Below are positions 26,617-32,000 of a stretch of 32,000 nucleotides of DNA, piece after piece. The notes beneath the pieces are model-generated. The model was not told the origin of the DNA. It worked only from the letters and a program-made list of their open reading frames with translations, and made no database searches. Source of the stretch: Psychrobacter sp. DM4 (GTDB taxonomy: Bacteria; Pseudomonadota; Gammaproteobacteria; Pseudomonadales; Moraxellaceae); assembly GCF_051307035.1 (NCBI RefSeq), contig NZ_CP195536.1:1050001-1082000 (forward strand). The letters run 5' to 3'. Position numbers and translations under genes: made by a program. Each line of letters opens with the position of its first letter. Within the stretch, counting starts at the first letter, position 1.

Positions 26617-28359
26617 TTAAACCAAAGGCAGGGTGATACTGACCTTAACGCCACTTATTAGCTGCTCGTTTGACTCTGTGATTATATTATTCAGGCTGAC
26701 GCTACCACCATGATGTTCAACGACTTGTTTAACCAAAGTTAAACCAAGCCCAGTACCTTTTTTGGGTGCGCTGCTAAAAGTGTTCACGGTACTTTTATCG
26801 TTGTTTCGTTCAGCACCAGAGCTTGTCTGGTAAGAGCTTGGCGGAATTATGCGCTGATGCGATAAGCTAAAGTATCGATCAAAGGCTTTAGTGAGTGCAT
26901 AATCAGGAATAGGTTTGCCATCGTTAAAGATGGTAATAGTCACAACCTGTGGCTTGGTAGGTAGCGTAGCAATTGATTGGGTTGCAACACTAAGTACAAT
27001 GTTGACTCTAGACTCAGCAAAATGAATGGCATTGTCTAATAGGTTTTGCAAAGATTGTACTAACCAAAATCGATCAGCAAATACTGTCGTCTGTGTCAGT
27101 ACATCTGTCGTCGCTATTACGTCAGAATCTAAAAGCTTGTCGCTCATATATAGGTGAATAGGAGCCAATTGCTGCTGCTGTAATTGAACGGTGTTGTCCC
27201 TAATTAAACTTTGCAACAAAGGCACTAAAGGTATGGATTGTCTATTGAGTCTAAAGGTTGGTTGCTCAACTTTGGCTAGCAGCAGTAACCGGTCAATCAA
27301 CAGTTGCATTTTGATACTTTGCTCACCAACGGTTTGAATGAGCATTTGTCGATCCTCTGCGTCAAGTCCATCATCTTCTAACAGCTCACCGCTGGCACGA
27401 ATAGCGGTCAGTGGGCTTTTAAGCTCATGGGTGAGCGTATGGACGTAATCGCTGACATAAGCCTTGTTTTCTAATCGATGCTTCATCGTCTCGATAGTGT
27501 CGGTGAGATTATTAAGCTCATTACCTAAATAAAAGTATGGCTTTTGCGTGTCTTCTGCTAGCGTCCGTGTATATTTGGTGACTAAGGTAATACTTTGTTT
27601 GAGCCACCATGCTACGAGGCCTGCGAGCATAAGCGCAATAATACTGACTAGCAAAGCGGTAACGAGCATGCGCTCACGTGTATTATCCAGATAGGGCAGT
27701 ACGCTAGCAACAGGTTTGCCCACACTCACTACCCCAATGATCTGGCTCATATCATTCACTATAGGCTGCGCGACATACATGATAGAACTGTCGCGCTTAC
27801 GACTATCGCTTACAGTGCTTCTCACGCCGTATTGTCCGCGCAAGGTCAAGTAGATGTCATTCCAGCGACTATAGTCTTCACCCTCAGCGTTGTCAGATTC
27901 GGGCAATGAGTCATATATGACAATACCCTTGTTGTCCGTGACATAAATACGAAAGCTACTATAAGTTTTTTTGTCGTAAGTCGTTTTGCTATTATCCCCT
28001 GCCAATTGACCTACAAATGCTTTGTCAAGACTGGACTGATAGCTCTCGTCATATAGCGTTCCTGACTGTAGCGGCTCTTGCAAGCTTGCTGCCATAAGTT
28101 TACTAGTATCAAGCAAAGTATCTTCAATGACTTGTTTGACAGTAGGTTTAACGTAGCTAAAGAGCTGAGTAAATACAACGATACCGCATATGATAAGCAC
28201 CAAAGCGACTGCCAGCCAAATTCGAAAAAATATACTTAAATTAAGAGGACGCTTTGGAACTTCAACCTGTTGATCGGTACCGATAGGATGCAATTTGGCG
28301 TACCAATTGCTTTGGCTGATTTTAGCGTTTTTTTGGTCTGTATTATCAAAAGAACTCAT
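26617..28359 (-). CDS. creC: Sensor histidine kinase, CreC-like
   Basis: The periplasmic region, YVTDNKGIVIYDS...EDYSRWNDIYLTLRGQYGVRSTV...SSIMYVAQPIV...IIGVVSVGKP, aligns by eye with E. coli CreC (YMTDAQGKVLFDS...QDYSRWNDVWLTLRGQYGARST...SVMYVAAPI...LIGVLSVGKP). The H-box is THELKSPLTAIR and the G-box is GTGLGLTLV. The ATG at 28359 overlaps the creB TGA (TGATG), which suggests translational coupling. A GTG at 28371 is the alternative start. Confidence 0.8.
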   Translation of the reverse strand: MSSFDNTDQKNAKISQSNWYAKLHPIGTDQQVEVPKRPLNLSIFFRIWLAVALVLIICGIVVFTQLFSYVKPTVKQVIEDTLLDTSKLMAASLQEPLQSGTLYDESYQSSLDKAFVGQLAGDNSKTTYDKKTYSSFRIYVTDNKGIVIYDSLPESDNAEGEDYSRWNDIYLTLRGQYGVRSTVSDSRKRDSSIMYVAQPIVNDMSQIIGVVSVGKPVASVLPYLDNTRERMLVTALLVSIIALMLAGLVAWWLKQSITLVTKYTRTLAEDTQKPYFYLGNELNNLTDTIETMKHRLENKAYVSDYVHTLTHELKSPLTAIRASGELLEDDGLDAEDRQMLIQTVGEQSIKMQLLIDRLLLLAKVEQPTFRLNRQSIPLVPLLQSLIRDNTVQLQQQQLAPIHLYMSDKLLDSDVIATTDVLTQTTVFADRFWLVQSLQNLLDNAIHFAESRVNIVLSVATQSIATLPTKPQVVTITIFNDGKPIPDYALTKAFDRYFSLSHQRIIPPSSYQTSSGAERNNDKSTVNTFSSAPKKGTGLGLTLVKQVVEHHGGSVSLNNIITESNEQLISGVKVSITLPLV

Positions 28360-29138
28360 CAGACGGGGCACAATCCATAACCGAGTCCGCGATGGGTATA
28401 AATGACATCAAGACTCTCATCGACCAATGATAACTGCTTGCGAATCGATTTGACATGGCTATCTATCGTTCGTGCTAGGCGATGATCAGGGTAGTCGCTT
28501 ACCGCATTGAGGAGTTGCTCACGGCTAAAGACCTGATTGGGGGCTTGCAATAAAGTCAGCAAAATTTTGCGCTCGGTATTGCTCAGCTCCAGCTTTTGCT
28601 CTTGCCAAGTCAGTGAGTAATTGAGCGGCTGATACTGCCACATACCTGATTGACACTCAAAAACTACTACCTGTTCTGCCAAAGAATGGCCACTGCCGTT
28701 TGCTGTATCCGTAGCCGCAGTTGCTATTTGAGTCGTTTGTTCTAGTAGCAGCTGCTCTCGTCGCCAAATAGATTTAAGACGAGCGACCAATTCTCTCGGG
28801 CTAAAAGGTTTGGCGCAGTAGTCATCGCCGCCCATCTCAAGACCTAGAATACGATCGACTTCATCGCTACGAGCCGTCAGAAACACAATGGGCGTATTCT
28901 TAAGCTGATCAATATCAGACGCATAACGAATATGCTGACATAAGCTAAGCCCATCGCCATCTGGCAGACCGACATCTAAAATAATGGCAGACAAATCTTG
29001 CACCGCATCGCTACGTAACATCGGTAGTACACTGCTAGCATTATCCAGCCAAGTCATAAGCCAGCCCTCACGCTTGCAAGTCACTTTAAGCGACATAGCA
29101 ATAGCAGGATCGTCTTCTACAAGTAAAATATGAGTCAT
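28359..29138 (-). CDS. creB: OmpR/PhoB-family response regulator, CreB-like
   Basis: Receiver motifs are [17 protein letters not shown] and [36 protein letters not shown] (E. coli CreB: [36 protein letters not shown]). The C-terminal winged helix ends in [11 protein letters not shown]. A linker insertion of about 30 aa is present. Confidence 0.8.
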   Translation of the reverse strand: [259 protein letters not shown]

Positions 29139-29342
29139 AATATGTACAGCACTAAGTGATAAACAAAGTAGTGGAGGTCTTTATCATGTGTTGAAAAAAA
29201 ACGATTAAGCATCATAAAGCCTATAATACTCAGGGTTCAATACTATAAAGTCTTAGTTATAAAACTATCCTAGCACGTAAATTTTGTAAAATGATGCAAA
29301 GGCTATGAAAAATTGATGAATAATAACGAGAACCTAAATACC

Positions 29343-29366
29343 TATTTAACACGTTATTTAACACGT
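29343..29366 (+). promoter_or_regulatory. Perfect 12-bp tandem direct repeat (TATTTAACACGT x2); candidate direct-repeat response-regulator binding site in the creB/esterase divergent region
   Basis: TATTTAACACGT occurs at 29343-29354 and again at 29355-29366, 46 bp upstream of the esterase ATG. The second copy sits where a -35 would be for the TATAAA at 29384-29389. That the repeat exists is certain. Its function is inference. Confidence 0.4.
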
Positions 29367-29411
29367 ATAAATTTTTTAGCACTTATAAATCTTTTAATTT
29401 GAGGAACGCAG

Positions 29412-30083
29412 ATGAGCACCTATTTAGACGTCGTCACCGTAGAGCATAACCCTTTGAGCAAACCTATAGATCGTGCTGTTATTTGGCTACATGGTTTGGG
29501 CGCTAGCGGTCATGATTTTGAACCTGTCGTTCCGCAGCTAGGACTCAGCTCAGACATGGCCGTGCGCTTTATTTTTCCACATGCACCGCAGATTCCAGTG
29601 ACTATTAATGGCGGTATGGTCATGCCCGCTTGGTATGACATTTTGGAGATGAGTCTGGATCGTAAAATCGATGTGACCCAGATTGAATCCTCCGCTCAAA
29701 GCATCCGCAATTTAATCGCTCGTGAGATCGAACGTGGCGTCAAACCTGAGCATATCGTCATCGCAGGATTCTCACAGGGCGGGGCAGTGGCTTATCACGT
29801 CGCACTCGCTCATCCTGAGCGCTTGGCGGGACTGATAACGTTATCTACTTATCTAGCGACCAATGATATCCTTGACTATAGTACTGCCAATAAAGACATC
29901 CCAATATTGATTGAGCATGGCACGCAAGACCCTGTTGTACCTGTCATCTTGGGACAACAAGCGCAGCAGGTCTTAGCGGATAAAGGCTATAACGTAGATT
30001 ACAATACTTATCCAATGGCGCACCAAGTTTGTATGCCGCAAATTCAAAACATCGGTCAGTGGTTAAATAAAGTTCTAGCCTAG
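29412..30083 (+). CDS. Carboxylesterase/phospholipase family alpha/beta hydrolase (Abhydrolase_2, Pseudomonas esterase II-like)
   Basis: The ORF is 223 aa. It has the nucleophile elbow GFSQGG, IWLHGLGASGHDF, and a likely Asp/His in HGTQDPVV and YPMAHQV. The SD GAGGA lies 6 nt upstream. Confidence 0.85.
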   Translation: MSTYLDVVTVEHNPLSKPIDRAVIWLHGLGASGHDFEPVVPQLGLSSDMAVRFIFPHAPQIPVTINGGMVMPAWYDILEMSLDRKIDVTQIESSAQSIRNLIAREIERGVKPEHIVIAGFSQGGAVAYHVALAHPERLAGLITLSTYLATNDILDYSTANKDIPILIEHGTQDPVVPVILGQQAQQVLADKGYNVDYNTYPMAHQVCMPQIQNIGQWLNKVLA

Positions 30084-30138
30084 TTGTTACGATGCTTAGT
30101 TTTGGCTGTAATTATATGTAATGAGCATCGAGCATAGG

Positions 30139-30168
30139 TTGAATTACACCCACTACTTAATATATAAT
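30139..30168 (+). promoter_or_regulatory. Candidate sigma70 promoter of ssrA
   Basis: TTGAAT (30139-30144), an 18-nt spacer, then TATAAT (30163-30168). This places a start a few nt upstream of the mature tmRNA 5' end at 30182. Confidence 0.45.
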
Positions 30169-30181
30169 AGCCAGTCTTCTT

Positions 30182-30540
30182 GGGGATGTTCTGGCTTCGA
30201 CGCTGGTGATGAAACTCAATGATGCATGTCGAGAGTATATGTCCTCTCGTTAATCCAACATATATTGTTATAGTCGCAAACGACGAAAATTACGCTCTAG
30301 CAGCATAAACCCTGCTTACTAAGTTGCTGATCACCTACAGTTGGTCAACTAAGTTGAAGCGTCCGCATGTAGGCTCGCCACAAGCGATTGTCTCAATTGC
30401 TTGGGTTCAAAAGTAGAGAATCGTTCAATCCATCCTGACTGTCGGATCGGTGCGAATTAAAGCCAAAGACAGAAACTAAACATGTAGATTCATGAGCGTA
30501 ATGCTGGCGGACGCGGGTTCAACTCCCGCCATCTCCACCA
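30182..30540 (+). ncRNA. ssrA: tmRNA (SsrA), one-piece
   Basis: The 5' end is GGGGATGTTCTGGCTTCGACG and the 3' end is GGACGCGGGTTCAACTCCCGCCATCTCCACCA. The acceptor stem GGGGATG/CATCTCC includes the G3:U alanine identity pair. The tag reading frame GCAAACGACGAAAATTACGCTCTAGCAGCATAA (30276-30308) encodes ANDENYALAA followed by a stop. Confidence 0.95.
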
Positions 30541-30552
30541 AATATTATTAAG

Positions 30553-30585
30553 AAAGTCAGTCACTTAGGTGGCTGACTTTTTTAT
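30553..30585 (+). terminator. Rho-independent terminator of ssrA
   Basis: The stem is AAAGTCAGTCAC (30553-30564) / GTGGCTGACTTT (30569-30580) with one U:G pair and a TTAG loop. It is followed by a T-run. Confidence 0.75.
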
Positions 30586-30717
30586 TGACATTGTTTTGAC
30601 ACCATCAGCTTAAGGATAATTTTTGCCTCAGCACCAGAGAAGGTAACAATGTAAATAGTCGCTTGATTTGACTTTGAATTAAAGAAGGTTCAAATTAACA
30701 CCATTCGTTTTAAGCAC

Positions 30718-30747
30718 AAAAAAGCTGAGCCACTGCTCAGCTTTTTT
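30718..30747 (-). terminator. Rho-independent terminator of the aminotransferase gene
   Basis: The stem is GCTGAGC (30724-30730) / GCTCAGC (30735-30741) with a CACT loop. It is flanked by A6 (30718-30723) and T6 (30742-30747) runs, so the minus strand reads a hairpin plus U6. Confidence 0.8.
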
Positions 30748-30774
30748 ATTATCTATAATTGGCAAAAAATACAA

Positions 30775-31971
30775 CTAGCCTTTTAATATTTCAGCCATAG
30801 CATTAGCGACATAGTCAATATTATCAGTATTTAGACCAGCTACACACATACGAGAATTGGATACCATGTATATACCAAACTCGCTTTGTAGACGCTCCAC
30901 TTGTTCAGGCGTGAGTCCTGTAAAGCTAAACATACCGTTTTGATCCGTCAAGTAATCAAAATTGCGGTCAGGAACGTGCGCCTCTAGTACTGATTTGAGT
31001 TTGAAACGCATGGATTTGATACGATCACGCATAGCATAAACTTCGCCAACCCACTGCTGATGTAACTCATCATCATTCATAACGATATCGACAACATGAC
31101 CACCATGTGACGGCGGGCTTGAATAGATACGACGTACGGTAAAGGCCAATTGACCAAAGACGCGCTCAGCCTCGTCAGGAGTCGGACAAACGACAGATAG
31201 ACCGCCAACACGCTCGCCATATAGCGACAAGTTCTTCGAAAATGAGTTACTGACAAATAATGGCAGCCCCATATCGACCGCTTTACGGATGGCGTAGGCA
31301 TCACTGTCCATATCTTCGCCAAAACCTTGATAAGCGATATCCATAAATGGAATTAGTTCATGCTCTTGAATCACGTTTAATACGGTATCCCACTGCTTGC
31401 GTGTCAAATCGACACCAGTAGGGTTATGACAACACGGATGCAAAAGTACGACGTCATTCTTATTCAAAGTTTTGAACAGTGCGATCATCTCATCGAATTT
31501 AATACCGCCTGTAGCCTTATCATAATAAGGATACTTGGCAACTTCAACATCACTACCTTCAAAGATAGCAATATGGTTGCCCCATGTCGGATCGCTAACG
31601 TAGCATTTAGACTGCGGGAACCACTCATTGATGAACTCAGCACCAACTTTTAGCGCACCAGAACCGCCGATAGTGGCAATGGTAGCGACCAGATTATCTT
31701 TTAATATTTGCGCGTCTTTGCCAAATAGTAGGTTCTGACAAGCCTTACGATGTCCAGGCAAGCCCTCCATCGGTAAATAGGGGCGAGGAGACACCGGATC
31801 AGCGATGCGCTTTTCTGCGATTTTGACGCATTCGAGTACCGGCAATTTGCCGTTCTCGTCGTAATAAACACCAACGCCCAAATTAACTTTGTTTGGGTTG
31901 CTATCTGCAACGAATTTATCTTTTAGCCCCAAGATAGGGTCACCAGCATAATAGTCGACACGTTCAAACAT
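30775..31971 (-). CDS. Class I aspartate/aromatic amino acid aminotransferase (AspC/TyrB family)
   Basis: The ORF is 398 aa and aligns by eye along E. coli AspC. Shared motifs are MFERV...GDPILGL, NLGVGVY, CCHNPTG, the PLP-lysine motif SFSKNLSLYGERVG, and YSSPPSHG. I cannot assign AspC versus TyrB specificity from the sequence alone. Confidence 0.93.
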   Translation of the reverse strand: MFERVDYYAGDPILGLKDKFVADSNPNKVNLGVGVYYDENGKLPVLECVKIAEKRIADPVSPRPYLPMEGLPGHRKACQNLLFGKDAQILKDNLVATIATIGGSGALKVGAEFINEWFPQSKCYVSDPTWGNHIAIFEGSDVEVAKYPYYDKATGGIKFDEMIALFKTLNKNDVVLLHPCCHNPTGVDLTRKQWDTVLNVIQEHELIPFMDIAYQGFGEDMDSDAYAIRKAVDMGLPLFVSNSFSKNLSLYGERVGGLSVVCPTPDEAERVFGQLAFTVRRIYSSPPSHGGHVVDIVMNDDELHQQWVGEVYAMRDRIKSMRFKLKSVLEAHVPDRNFDYLTDQNGMFSFTGLTPEQVERLQSEFGIYMVSNSRMCVAGLNTDNIDYVANAMAEILKG

Positions 31972-32000
31972 ATTTTTTCCTTAAAATTAAAACCGCTAAA

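Noticed and set aside
26414-26620. A 68-aa ORF overlapping the aroC 3' end and running through the aroC terminator.
   Set aside because: It overlaps aroC out of frame and reads through a 14-bp-stem terminator. Its F/L-rich product reflects T-rich terminator DNA.
30586-30774. Possible small regulatory RNA (Rsm/CsrB-like) or promoter in the ssrA-aminotransferase spacer. Two TTGACA hexamers and AAGGA/GAAGG motifs are present.
   Set aside because: Only one true GGA motif is present, there is no repeated stem-loop architecture, and neither TTGACA has a properly spaced -10. The spacer is explained by the two flanking terminators.
1-32000. Search for mobile elements, CRISPR arrays, prophage, defence or toxin-antitoxin modules and tRNA/rRNA genes.
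   Set aside because: I saw no transposase or integrase-like ORFs, no terminal inverted repeats, and no regularly spaced repeat arrays. No tRNA-like T-arm sequences occur outside ssrA, and I noticed no compositional break. Intergenic regions are short and accounted for by promoters and terminators.

Overview
This window looks like a core-chromosome segment of a moderately AT-rich gammaproteobacterium. The gene order and the long forms of CsrA and Fis suggest Moraxellaceae (Psychrobacter/Acinetobacter-like); this is inference only. It is densely packed with recognisable housekeeping genes, in this order: ppiD (3' end), purH, fis, a DUF3426 zinc-ribbon gene, prmA, a TPR lipoprotein, mrcB (PBP1B), a CcoI/FixI-type P1B ATPase, a BaxI_1 membrane protein, nadK, yeaC, a hopJ-family gene, csrA, lysC, alaS, a DUF389 membrane protein, an L,D-transpeptidase, prmB, aroC, a creC/creB-like two-component system, a carboxylesterase, ssrA (tmRNA) and an AspC/TyrB aminotransferase. 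Most convergent gene pairs are separated by clear bidirectional rho-independent terminators. I saw no transposase, integrase, phage, CRISPR, toxin-antitoxin or defence-like cluster, and no island at ssrA. I do not find a convincing undescribed multi-gene system. The observations most worth a second look are: (1) a proline-rich TPR lipoprotein directly downstream of mrcB, a candidate LpoP-type PBP1B activator; (2) a perfect 12-bp tandem direct repeat, cre-tag-like, in the creB/esterase divergent region; (3) a DUF389 membrane protein with an acidic disordered N-terminal extension of about 330 aa; (4) an orphan CcoI-like ATPase with a large low-complexity insertion in the actuator domain; (5) fis without dusB, carrying a 20-bp tandem repeat upstream; (6) a window-wide habit of polar or acidic low-complexity insertions in otherwise conserved proteins. 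All family calls come from motif recognition by eye. No database search was run.
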